30,269 nucleotides of DNA from a virus (Duplodnaviria > Caudoviricetes): IMG/VR virus record IMGVR_UViG_3300020403_000053, positions 1 to 30,269 of that record; one strand, 5' to 3'. Shown in pieces: positions 1-8,945 of this stretch (positions are counted from its first letter, which is position 1; the number at the start of each line of letters is the position of its first letter). Position numbers and translations under genes: made by a program. The notes below the pieces were generated by a model, which saw only the letters and a list, made by a program, of their open reading frames with translations, had not been told where the DNA came from and did no database searches.

Positions 1-420
1 AGAATAAACGAGCAATCGTGGACAGTTTCAGTATCAAACTCTCCTACTTGGGGGCAATGGTCTAAAAACTACACAAACGATGCTGGTGGGTCGGGTGTAG
101 CATCCGCTGATGAAGACCAAAGATCAGGCGGTGGTTATGGTGGCGGCAGAGTTTTGCCTGGTTCGAGACACACTATTAGTTATCCAAATAATACTAATCC
201 TTATGGCGGCGCTGGCGGTGAAGCTGGAGAAAACGGGGGAAGCTACGGGTACTCAGGTGAGAGTGGCGGTGGCGGCGGCTGGGGGTCATCAGGAGGCAGA
301 GGTTATCGTGGTGCTTTTGCATCTAACCAATCTCAAGGCGGTGACGCTGGTAAGGCTGTAGATGATAGCGGCGTTTCTTATACTCTTAGCAATAGTGGAA
401 CAATTTACGGTGGCACATAA
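1..420 (+). CDS. C-terminal part of glycine-rich adhesin / tail-fibre tip protein (Gp38-like); 5' end outside window
   Basis: Frame of ORF 154..420 is open back to base 1 (RINEQSWTVSVSNSPTWGQW...). It has Gly-rich motifs GGGYGGG, GGAGG and GGGGGWGSSGG, and ends GGDAGKAV...SNSGTIYGGT, resembling T-even Gp38 C-termini. Confidence 0.6.
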   Translation, partial: RINEQSWTVSVSNSPTWGQWSKNYTNDAGGSGVASADEDQRSGGGYGGGRVLPGSRHTISYPNNTNPYGGAGGEAGENGGSYGYSGESGGGGGWGSSGGRGYRGAFASNQSQGGDAGKAVDDSGVSYTLSNSGTIYGGT

Positions 421-860
421 TGACTAGATATATTTATGCCCAAGTAGCTTACGAAACTGTAGATGAAGTGCAGGAAGCTGTTACCGCTATGAAAGCCAGG
501 TTAGACAATAATCCTACTGATTGGTGTGTTGTAAAGCCTTCTATAAGTAGTAAGACACTTCGTATTGATGGTAATGAGATTGTAGCTTACGCATATGGTA
601 ATCCTTTAACAGATGCAGAAATAAACGAATTAGATAGCTCTGAAACAGTTTATAATGTTTTCTCAATTAATGATGCTGACAACTACACAGAAGTTTCTGA
701 AGACAATGTTGCTGAAAAAATAAGATTAATGAGAGCGTCATACGGGCGGTGGTTAGCTGTCGATAAATATTTTGATAGTCAGGTAGAAGACGGTGAGTTG
801 TTAATTGTTCACAACGTAACAAACGAGGATATGTCGGTTTATGTCACTAGTCCCAATTAA
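420..860 (+). CDS. Hypothetical protein, tail module
   Basis: 146-aa ORF coupled to the upstream stop (TAATG) and overlapping the next gene; no motif recognised. Confidence 0.75.
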   Translation: MTRYIYAQVAYETVDEVQEAVTAMKARLDNNPTDWCVVKPSISSKTLRIDGNEIVAYAYGNPLTDAEINELDSSETVYNVFSINDADNYTEVSEDNVAEKIRLMRASYGRWLAVDKYFDSQVEDGELLIVHNVTNEDMSVYVTSPN

Positions 861-3800
861 ATTACCAGCAGGATTTTATAGAAACGGCACAGAATTTGAG
901 GCGTCAAATAGATGGCGTGATGGAAGCCTGGTCCGGTGGCTAGATGGTAGTTTAAAACCTATTGGTGGGTGGACAACACGAAAGGCGGCATTTGCTAATA
1001 ACCCTGTCAGGGGTATGCACTCTTGGCAATCTAACGATGGTACTGCGTGGGTGGCTGGTGGCTCACATGACCAATTAGTGGCAATGACAGGTGCAGGAAT
1101 TTGCTATGATATTACGCCTGACGATTTAGCGGCTGGTCGTGAAGATGCGGCTGTTAATACTGGTTACGGGTTTGGGTTTTATGGTACTGGTTACTATGGT
1201 CAACCAAGATCAGTAACTAGCGATAGTGTTCCTCAAGAGGCTACAACATGGCAGCTAGATAACTTTGGTGAAAATTTAGTTGGTTTGCATAACGATGATG
1301 GGCGTATTTGGGAGTGGGATTTAACAACCACCATTGGTGCTGAGTTAGTGGCTAATGGTGATTACGCATCTGATAGTAGTTGGAATAAAGGAACTAACTG
1401 GTCAATCTCTGGCGGTGTTGCCGTATATGCACAATACAAGCCTTTATTCGATGCAGATGATACAGCTATTATTGATGTGGCAAATGACACAATAACAATA
1501 ACAGGACATAGTTTTGCAAATGGTGACGAGGTTACTTATGTCGTGCCAACTGGACAAACCGCTATAGATGGCCTGACTAACGGAACAAATTATTTCATAG
1601 TTTCTGCAACTACAAACACGTTTAAGCTTGCCGCAACAAGCGGTGGATCTGCTATTAATCTGTCAGCAAACAAGCAAGTTACTTTTGACGCTGATGATAA
1701 TGCTGTAAAAGATGTAACCAATAATAAAATTGTTACGTCCAACACATTTTCTAACGGTGACAAAGTTACTTATTCTAACGGATCTGGAACAGACATTGGC
1801 GGTCTGGTTAACAATACTAACTATTTTATCATCAACGCTTCAGGCACAGAGTTTCAGTTAGCGGCAACGAGTGGTGGTGCAGCTATAGATCTTACGGCTG
1901 ATTTAAATGTTTCTTTTGATCCGAATGGCGCAGCGGTTAGCCCAACAACCAATACAGTAACAGTGGCTAATGTGGGTGGTGTAAATAGGTTTCATTTCGG
2001 TGGCGTCACTGCACCTACTCTAACGCTGATTAGAGGCACAACCTATACTTTTGATATGTCCGATGCTTCTAATAGTGGTCATCCGTTAGTGTTTCAAAAT
2101 GGTGGTGCAAATTATACTTTAGGGGTGACCACAACGGGAACCCCTGGAACGTCAGGCGCTAGTGTGACCTTTGCAGTGCCATTATCTGCCCCTGCTAGTG
2201 GCCTGACCTACGTTTGTTCGGTGCATGGTGCAGGGATGGGTTCGAGTATTACTACTGTCGCTTCGGCTGGGCCTATAGACTACAACACAGATGAAATAAC
2301 AATCGCTAATCATGGTTTTGTTAACGGAAATGAAGTCACTTATTCTAACGGTGGCGGCACAGACATAGGTGGCTTAACAACTGGTACAAATTACTTTGTT
2401 ATTTATGTTAGACACGATGCAATAAAATTAGCGGCAACGTCTGGTGGGGCTGCGATTAACCTCACGGCTCCTGCTGGTGCATTAGGAACTAACCACTCTT
2501 TTGATTTAGATATTGGGTCAAGCCATGTAATTAGACAAGACATAGGATCTACGCACCAACTGCAACGAGTAAATTTTGGTAATTTAGACCAAACAGTCAG
2601 TGGTCTAGTTGTTACACCTGACATACAAGACAGCTACGATGTTACCGTTGATTTGATAGACCCTAACGATGATAGCGATGCAAGCACTGTTCCTAACGTC
2701 AAAATTAAGGTAACTGGCACGACTAGCACAACGGTTCATGTGCATGAAACTTTAGTTGTTGGATCAAACGTCTTTAGGTTTGGCGCAGATGATACAACTG
2801 TTAAAATTGAAATAATACCGCAAGCTTACAATACGCCAAACTTTGATATTGATAATATATCATTAAAGCAAAAGACGGTTGCAGAACCGCTAACAAACGC
2901 ACCTATTAACAACAAAGGTATAGTTGTAACGGAAGAACGCTTTATTTTTGCATTAGGTGCTGGTGGCAATAGTCGTAAGGTTCAGTGGTGCGATAAAGAA
3001 AACAATACACAGTGGACGCCAGCCGTAAATAACGAAAGTGGGGACATAGAATTAGCGACTAGTGGTCAGGTCATGGGTGGCGTTAGAACAAGAGGCGTTA
3101 CATTAATTATCACTGACACAGACGCTCACATGGCCCAATATGTTGGCCCCCCCTATGTGTATTCTTTTCAGCGTGTAGGAACTAACTGTGGGGCAGTATC
3201 TAGATTAAGTGCGGTAGCAACTGACCAAGGTGCATTTTGGTATGGTCAAGAAAATTTCCATTACTTCGATGGTAACAGCGTTCAAACATTAAAATGTGAT
3301 GTTCAAGATTATGTGTTTAATGATTTCAACCAAGCGCAACAGTCAAAAGTTTGGGGTATGGTCAACGGTGCAAACAACGAAATCTGGTGGTTTTACTGTT
3401 CGTCTGGATCTACAGAAATAGATCGTTATGTAGCTTATGATTTTAAAGATGGTCATTGGCTTATAGGTAATTTATCAAGAACTTCAGGCGTAAGTCGCGG
3501 TGTTTTTGCATATCCATTCATGGCTAAACATGGCGCAAAGACAGATATTATGAACCACGAAATAGGTTTTAACTACGAGGGTTCGTCTATTTTCTGCGAA
3601 ACAGGGCCAGTAAGCATTGGTAACGGTGATCAGGTTGCAAAAGTTACTGAAATCATAACGGATGAAAAAACCCAAGGTGATGTGGATTTAAAATTCAAAA
3701 CACGATTTCATCCTAACGATACAGAACGTACTTTTGGCCCATTTAACCCTTCTAACCCAACTTCAGTAAGATTTACTGGCAGACAAGTTAAAATGCGTGT

Positions 3801-3873
3801 TGAAGGTGATCAGAACACTGATTGGCGTGTAGGCGTCATGAGATTAGAAGTTAAGGCAGGGGGTAGGCGCTGA
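841..3873 (+). CDS. Podovirus tail nozzle / DNA-stabilisation protein (P22 gp10-like) with a large multi-domain insertion
   Basis: 1010 aa. The N-terminus (MSLVPIKLPAGFYRNGT...WQLDNFGENLVG) and C-terminus (RKVQWCDKEN, YVGPPYVYSF, NNEIWWFY) look like a beta-propeller nozzle. It precedes a GNAT-like gene and the ejection genes. Insertion at about 1342-2874. Confidence 0.7.
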   Translation: MSLVPIKLPAGFYRNGTEFEASNRWRDGSLVRWLDGSLKPIGGWTTRKAAFANNPVRGMHSWQSNDGTAWVAGGSHDQLVAMTGAGICYDITPDDLAAGREDAAVNTGYGFGFYGTGYYGQPRSVTSDSVPQEATTWQLDNFGENLVGLHNDDGRIWEWDLTTTIGAELVANGDYASDSSWNKGTNWSISGGVAVYAQYKPLFDADDTAIIDVANDTITITGHSFANGDEVTYVVPTGQTAIDGLTNGTNYFIVSATTNTFKLAATSGGSAINLSANKQVTFDADDNAVKDVTNNKIVTSNTFSNGDKVTYSNGSGTDIGGLVNNTNYFIINASGTEFQLAATSGGAAIDLTADLNVSFDPNGAAVSPTTNTVTVANVGGVNRFHFGGVTAPTLTLIRGTTYTFDMSDASNSGHPLVFQNGGANYTLGVTTTGTPGTSGASVTFAVPLSAPASGLTYVCSVHGAGMGSSITTVASAGPIDYNTDEITIANHGFVNGNEVTYSNGGGTDIGGLTTGTNYFVIYVRHDAIKLAATSGGAAINLTAPAGALGTNHSFDLDIGSSHVIRQDIGSTHQLQRVNFGNLDQTVSGLVVTPDIQDSYDVTVDLIDPNDDSDASTVPNVKIKVTGTTSTTVHVHETLVVGSNVFRFGADDTTVKIEIIPQAYNTPNFDIDNISLKQKTVAEPLTNAPINNKGIVVTEERFIFALGAGGNSRKVQWCDKENNTQWTPAVNNESGDIELATSGQVMGGVRTRGVTLIITDTDAHMAQYVGPPYVYSFQRVGTNCGAVSRLSAVATDQGAFWYGQENFHYFDGNSVQTLKCDVQDYVFNDFNQAQQSKVWGMVNGANNEIWWFYCSSGSTEIDRYVAYDFKDGHWLIGNLSRTSGVSRGVFAYPFMAKHGAKTDIMNHEIGFNYEGSSIFCETGPVSIGNGDQVAKVTEIITDEKTQGDVDLKFKTRFHPNDTERTFGPFNPSNPTSVRFTGRQVKMRVEGDQNTDWRVGVMRLEVKAGGRR
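1444..2562 (+). repeat. Three intragenic ~70-aa repeats (FxNGDxVTY...GLxxxTNYF...LAATSGGxAIxL) plus three stacked GxxH strands
   Basis: Copies at about 1444-1668, 1681-1899 and 2275-2469; GTNHSF, GSSHVI and GSTHQL at 2485-2562. Confidence 0.9.
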
Positions 3874-4220
3874 TGCCAGTAACGCCACCAATACTAGGGG
3901 ATGATGTTAGACAATGGGGCAGACAGCTTAATTTATTTCTAACACGAAATCTTGGTAAATTATATTTTAAAACAAGTGATGATAACCCTAGTGAAAACGG
4001 TATTTTTCTTTGGGATGACGAAAACAATTATCCTGTCGTTTCAGCGCAAAACGCTTTTAAGCAAGTTGCTATGAAGCAGACAACACCTAATTCAAGTGTC
4101 GGTGCGGCTGGTGATGTAGCAGGAATGATAGCTTGGGATACTAATTATATTTACATTTGTACGGCTTCACATGATGGCAGTACAGCAATTTGGAAGAGGG
4201 TAGCACTGTCTACATACTAG
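3873..4220 (+). CDS. Small virion tail protein
   Basis: 115 aa, TGATG-coupled. The C-terminal GxxGMIAWDTNYIYIC...WKRVAL motif is common in phage fibre proteins. Confidence 0.65.
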   Translation: MPVTPPILGDDVRQWGRQLNLFLTRNLGKLYFKTSDDNPSENGIFLWDDENNYPVVSAQNAFKQVAMKQTTPNSSVGAAGDVAGMIAWDTNYIYICTASHDGSTAIWKRVALSTY

Positions 4221-4598
4221 ATGGCAAAAGATATTGTTGTAAACGAAATAGAAAGATGTCGGCCCTGGATAGAGGCTGCATTAGAGTATACTGGAGGCAC
4301 ACACGAGTTTGAAGATATAGTCGATGGTATTAGATCTAGCCGTATGCAACTTTGGCCTAGCGAGAGGGGGTGCATTGTGACAGAGATTGTGATATACCCA
4401 AGAAAGAAAGTGTTAAATATATTTTTAGCTGGTGGAGAGTTGGATCAGATATTAGATATGAATGACGATGTGAAAATTTGGGCTAAAAGTCATGGATGCG
4501 AGGCAGCTACAATGTCAGGCAGATTAGGATGGAAAAAACCATTAGAACCACAAGGTTGGAAATTATTGTATGCTAATTTTCAAAAGGAGATAGATTAA
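4221..4598 (+). CDS. GNAT-fold-like virion assembly protein (position equivalent to P22 gp14 / T7 gp13)
   Basis: 125 aa with GCIVTEIVIYPRKKVLNIFLAGG and SGRLGWKK; lies between the nozzle and ejection genes. Confidence 0.55.
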   Translation: MAKDIVVNEIERCRPWIEAALEYTGGTHEFEDIVDGIRSSRMQLWPSERGCIVTEIVIYPRKKVLNIFLAGGELDQILDMNDDVKIWAKSHGCEAATMSGRLGWKKPLEPQGWKLLYANFQKEID

Positions 4599-5044
4599 TG
4601 GGTGGCAGATCGGGCGGCACTAAAACAGAAAAGGCAAATTTACCAGCCTTTGCGGAAACAGGTTTACAACAGGCTCTTGGAACCGCGACAGATTTATCTG
4701 CTACGGGATATGTTCCCTATTACGGGCCAGATGTTGCGAGTTTCAGTCCTTTGCAAAATGCATCATTTGAGGGAACAGATATGATGGCCTCGGCTTTTGG
4801 AATGCCAACGAGCGGAGGTCAATCATATTTGCCTGAAGCAAAAACAATGGGTGGCATGACCGGGTATTCTTCAGGTGAAGGTTTCGATGCGGCTGTCGAT
4901 GAGTTGGCAAAAAGGCGTCCTGGTCAGGCAAGCTATCTTGACAGTTTTTTAATTGACCCAATGACAGGTCAAGCTGGATCAAGAACGCCGGGCAATCAGC
5001 CCGTTGAACTAGAAATGCAAGGACAAGGCAGAAGAGGAAAGTAA
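4598..5044 (+). CDS. Putative DNA ejection (internal virion) protein 1
   Basis: MGGRSGG start, YVPYYGPDVASF motif, AAGGAG RBS, and position after the GNAT-like gene. Confidence 0.55.
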   Translation: MGGRSGGTKTEKANLPAFAETGLQQALGTATDLSATGYVPYYGPDVASFSPLQNASFEGTDMMASAFGMPTSGGQSYLPEAKTMGGMTGYSSGEGFDAAVDELAKRRPGQASYLDSFLIDPMTGQAGSRTPGNQPVELEMQGQGRRGK

Positions 5045-5045
5045 A

Positions 5046-5684
5046 ATGGCTGGTGGTGCAAATCCAAATATGGTTCAACCTACTGCAAATCCGTTCATGA
5101 GGGCTTCTACGGCTAATCAGCAAGCACTGAACACTTATTCGAACCCAGGTGCAGCGGCTGCTAGTATGATGAACCCTTATAATCAACAAGTGGTTGACAC
5201 AACATTAAGAGATGTCGGTCAAGCTTCACAAATAGCAATGAACAATCTAGATGCACAAGCGCAAAAAGCCGGGGCATTTGGTGGGTCCAGGCATGGCATT
5301 GCAATGGCAGAACTAGGCAAGGGTTACCAACAGCAAGCGTTAGATAAAGTTGGCGCATTACGTCAGCAGGGTTACGGTCAGGCAATGAATAATGCTTTTA
5401 ATGCTGCATCAGGATTGCAAAATGCAGGACAACAAGCCTTTAACATGGGGCAAGCTGTTAACACTCAGCAAATGCAACAAGGCGCTATGCAGCAACAAAT
5501 GATGCAAAACCTTATCAATGCAACAAAAGGCCAATACGGAGGCTACACAGGTGGTCCAGGGCAAGGTTTAAATACTTTGTTACAGACAATATCTGGTCAG
5601 CCAAATATGACAGGTCAAACAAGTCAATTTCAGCCGGGCCTGTTTAATTATCTTCAACTAGGCGCAAGTATGTTTCCCAGGTAA
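5046..5684 (+). CDS. Putative DNA ejection protein 2 (Q/A/G-rich)
   Basis: NPYNQQVVD and GAFGGSRHG motifs typical of podovirus DNA-transfer proteins. Confidence 0.65.
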   Translation: MAGGANPNMVQPTANPFMRASTANQQALNTYSNPGAAAASMMNPYNQQVVDTTLRDVGQASQIAMNNLDAQAQKAGAFGGSRHGIAMAELGKGYQQQALDKVGALRQQGYGQAMNNAFNAASGLQNAGQQAFNMGQAVNTQQMQQGAMQQQMMQNLINATKGQYGGYTGGPGQGLNTLLQTISGQPNMTGQTSQFQPGLFNYLQLGASMFPR

Positions 5685-5695
5685 AAGGATAAATT

Positions 5696-6643
5696 ATGGC
5701 AAGTTTACTAGATTTTTTAGGCGGTCTTAATAAAAGAAGAGAAGATCAAATTTTTAGCCCAATGCAAAGATTTGGTATGGGTCTAGATGCTCTTATTTTG
5801 CCAGAAGCTAGAATGGGAGATAGCATACGAGAGCAAGCAATAGCGCAATATCAAGAAAATAAAGAAAAAGACCAAAGAAACAGAACAGTAGAATATTTAA
5901 AAGGATTGCCAGGAGGCGCAGCGTTTGCAGGGGCTATAGACGCTGGTGTTCCTATCAATCAAGTTTACGCAGCTTATTTAGCTGCACAACGTGGCGATTA
6001 TGTGGTTGTTGGGAATACGTTAGTTGACAGGGCAACTGGAAAACCTGTTTTTTCAGATAAATCAGGCAGTGGTTCAATGGCAGGATTTACCTATACAGAT
6101 GCTGCTGGAAATAAAATCACAATAGGAACCCCTGATTTAAATCAAGATAAAAGTAATGCATTAACTTTTGGGCGAAGGGTTCAAAAAGCAAATGATATAC
6201 TTTCTGGTGTTGAACTTGCAGGAACAGATTTTTTCCAAAATGCACTAAATTTTGTTCCTTTTGGGGCTGGCAGATTTTTGCAAAATGAAAATTTTAAATC
6301 ATATGATGATGCAAGACGCGATTTTGTTAATGCTGTTCTTAGGCGTGAGTCAGGTGCTGCAATCGCTGAAAGTGAATTTGAAAGCGCAAATAGACAATAT
6401 TTTCCTGTTCCCGGTGATAGTCAAAGACAAATAGACGAAAAGCGACAGCGTAGAGAGCAAGCTGCAATGTTATTAATAGCTGCTTCTGGACCAGAGGGTG
6501 CAGCATTTAATGCACAACTAGATCAGTTAGCATCACAACTCAATCCACTTTATAATAATAAAGATTTATATGATGAAGAACGAAAAAGATTAAAAAAAGA
6601 ACAAGCTAACCAGTCAAGTAATGGTAACACAATAGAAAACTAA
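5696..6643 (+). CDS. Putative DNA ejection protein 3
   Basis: 315 aa; RDFVNAVLRRESGAAI...YFPVPGD motif recalled from podovirus ejection proteins; position. Confidence 0.6.
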   Translation: MASLLDFLGGLNKRREDQIFSPMQRFGMGLDALILPEARMGDSIREQAIAQYQENKEKDQRNRTVEYLKGLPGGAAFAGAIDAGVPINQVYAAYLAAQRGDYVVVGNTLVDRATGKPVFSDKSGSGSMAGFTYTDAAGNKITIGTPDLNQDKSNALTFGRRVQKANDILSGVELAGTDFFQNALNFVPFGAGRFLQNENFKSYDDARRDFVNAVLRRESGAAIAESEFESANRQYFPVPGDSQRQIDEKRQRREQAAMLLIAASGPEGAAFNAQLDQLASQLNPLYNNKDLYDEERKRLKKEQANQSSNGNTIEN

Positions 6644-6652
6644 GAGGCAGCG

Positions 6653-8935
6653 ATGGCTAAAAAAGCATATTATGTCAGAATAAAAGAAAATGGCAAATTA
6701 GCTAGAATTGTTGCTGATAGTCCAGAAGATGCCCTTAAACAATCTGATAATTTAGATTTGGCTACAGCTACTTTCGTTGCAGAGGATGAAAACGGCAATG
6801 CACTGAGGGGCGGCAAAGACAATCAAGAAGCTGTAGTAATAGCTCCAGACGGTACACGGTCATTAGTTTCACCGGGATATTCTACACAAGATCAAGATAA
6901 AATAAATGAGTTTATATCTGGAAAAGTTTCTGCCGGGGATTTGTCTCAAAGCATGATTAATCAAGGTTTAATCCAAGAAAACCCTTTGAGTGCTAGAGTA
7001 GCTACTGGTATGCAAGCCATAGGTTTTGGTGCTGGTTCTTTTACAGATGAGGTGATTGAAGCTTTTGGATTTAAAGATACAGCGCAAGGCATAAGAGCCT
7101 TAAATAATGCAATGCAGACTGAAAGACCATTAGAAAGTTTAGCAATACAAGCTGGAATAAGTATTCGAGAAGCATATAAGTTAGCAAAAAAATTTCCTAA
7201 ATTAGCAGAGTATTTTGCTGGCAATCCAAACAATAGTATGTTGAGCAACATGGGCAGAGGTGCAATTGCTGGAATGGCATCAGGTGCTACGCAGGGCGGT
7301 ATTATGGGTGCTGGTCAAGCGGAAGATGGTAATAGACTGCAAGCTGGTGGCGAGGGTGCTTTTTTTGGCGGTGCAGGAGGTTTTGCATTAGGTGGAGCAA
7401 CGGCTCCTTTGGCTGCTGGTGGCAGAAATCTTATGGAGTTTGTAAGAGCTTCAGATGTAAAAGCTATTGGTGCAGCGTTAGGTATAAGCAGAAACGCAGC
7501 GGCTGTTATTAAAAACGCTTTTAACATGGGCGGTGATATTAATACAGCAATTGCACAAGTGCAGAGGGCTGGCGAAAACGGTATGCTTGTTGATGGCGGT
7601 GTTGCAGCAAGAGCATTAGCAGACGCTGCTGGTAATTCAGGTGTTAATGATGCCGGGCAAATTATAGGAAATGCATTAGAAAATAGGGCTGCTGCTGTTT
7701 CAGGTGATTTATCTAGAACATTAGATGAAACTCTTGGAGAAGGTTTTAAAGGCCCAACAGAGGCACAAAGAGTTATTTCTGGCAGAACAAAAGAAGCAAG
7801 AAATAAAGCTTATCAAGCAGCGTATAATACATCAATTGATTATGGAACGGGTAGTAAAGGTGCTGACGTTTTAAATGTAATTAAACGAGTAGACAATAAA
7901 ACTTTGAAAGAAGCATTTGAAGAAGCTAATGCAGATATGTTGGCAGATGGTATTAACAATGCACAATTGTTAATCCGTGTAGATGATGCTGGTAATATTA
8001 TAGAAAAAACAGAATTACCTAATGTAATACAGCTAGATTATTTAAAAAGATCTTTACAGACATTAGCTGAACAAAACAGAGATGCTACTACACTACAATT
8101 TACCACTAAGGGGCTACGATATAATAGATTGGCTAGAGATTTACGCCAGGCTATTGGTGATGCTGTCGTTGATCAAGATGGTGTAAAAATTTATAATAAA
8201 GCTGTAAACTTAGGTGGAGATAAAATTGCTGAACAAAATGCATATCGTATTGGTAATGAAGCATTAAGAGCAAAAACCGGTGTCGAAAATGTTTACGAAA
8301 CAATAGGACCAAACCCAACTTTTGCACAAAGAGAAGCTGCAAAAATGGGCATGAGAACTTACATTAAACAAGTGTTAGGTGATGTAAAAGCTGTTCCTAG
8401 TGATCCAGATTTAGAGGCTAGACAATTAGATGCTTTTTATAAGCTTACATCATCAGAAAACGCTCGTACTAAAATTAAATTAGTTATGGGTGATGAAGCT
8501 GATGAATTACTGAAACAGATAGATGAAGTAGCACAGACAGCAATTGTAAGGTCTGCTTTCAATCAAAATTCTAAAACAGCAATAAGGCAAGCCATTCAAG
8601 GTGATGTTGATAAAATAATAGAGCCAGGTCCTGCAACTTCATTGCTTCAAGGTAAACCTTTTGAGGCAGCGCAAAAGATAGTTTCAGAAATAACCGGGTT
8701 TACTGATGAAATGAGTATTAACCGTAAAAATGCAATATATGAAGAAATTGCAGAGGTTCTTACAAGACAAGGCACAGATCAAGCTATTGATGCGCTTAGA
8801 ATATTAGAGCAAGCTAGATTAGGTCAAAGACCTACAGCAGAACAAAACAGGGCATTAGCAAATGCAATCTTTATAGGCTTTGGCGGTGGTGGTCAGGACG
8901 TAGCTAGAGAAGAACTTAGGGGACTGTTACAGTAA
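6653..8935 (+). CDS. Large DNA ejection protein (P22 gp16-like position)
   Basis: 760 aa, Ala/Gly-rich and helical, with a hydrophobic Gly-zipper region (GAFFGGAGGFALGGA). Confidence 0.65.
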   Translation: MAKKAYYVRIKENGKLARIVADSPEDALKQSDNLDLATATFVAEDENGNALRGGKDNQEAVVIAPDGTRSLVSPGYSTQDQDKINEFISGKVSAGDLSQSMINQGLIQENPLSARVATGMQAIGFGAGSFTDEVIEAFGFKDTAQGIRALNNAMQTERPLESLAIQAGISIREAYKLAKKFPKLAEYFAGNPNNSMLSNMGRGAIAGMASGATQGGIMGAGQAEDGNRLQAGGEGAFFGGAGGFALGGATAPLAAGGRNLMEFVRASDVKAIGAALGISRNAAAVIKNAFNMGGDINTAIAQVQRAGENGMLVDGGVAARALADAAGNSGVNDAGQIIGNALENRAAAVSGDLSRTLDETLGEGFKGPTEAQRVISGRTKEARNKAYQAAYNTSIDYGTGSKGADVLNVIKRVDNKTLKEAFEEANADMLADGINNAQLLIRVDDAGNIIEKTELPNVIQLDYLKRSLQTLAEQNRDATTLQFTTKGLRYNRLARDLRQAIGDAVVDQDGVKIYNKAVNLGGDKIAEQNAYRIGNEALRAKTGVENVYETIGPNPTFAQREAAKMGMRTYIKQVLGDVKAVPSDPDLEARQLDAFYKLTSSENARTKIKLVMGDEADELLKQIDEVAQTAIVRSAFNQNSKTAIRQAIQGDVDKIIEPGPATSLLQGKPFEAAQKIVSEITGFTDEMSINRKNAIYEEIAEVLTRQGTDQAIDALRILEQARLGQRPTAEQNRALANAIFIGFGGGGQDVAREELRGLLQ

Positions 8936-8945
8936 AGGAAAGTAA

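Noticed and set aside
110-361. 83-aa plus-strand ORF (MKTKDQAVV...)
   Set aside because: Shadow frame of the Gly-rich adhesin; its Val/Ala richness comes from shifted GGN codons.
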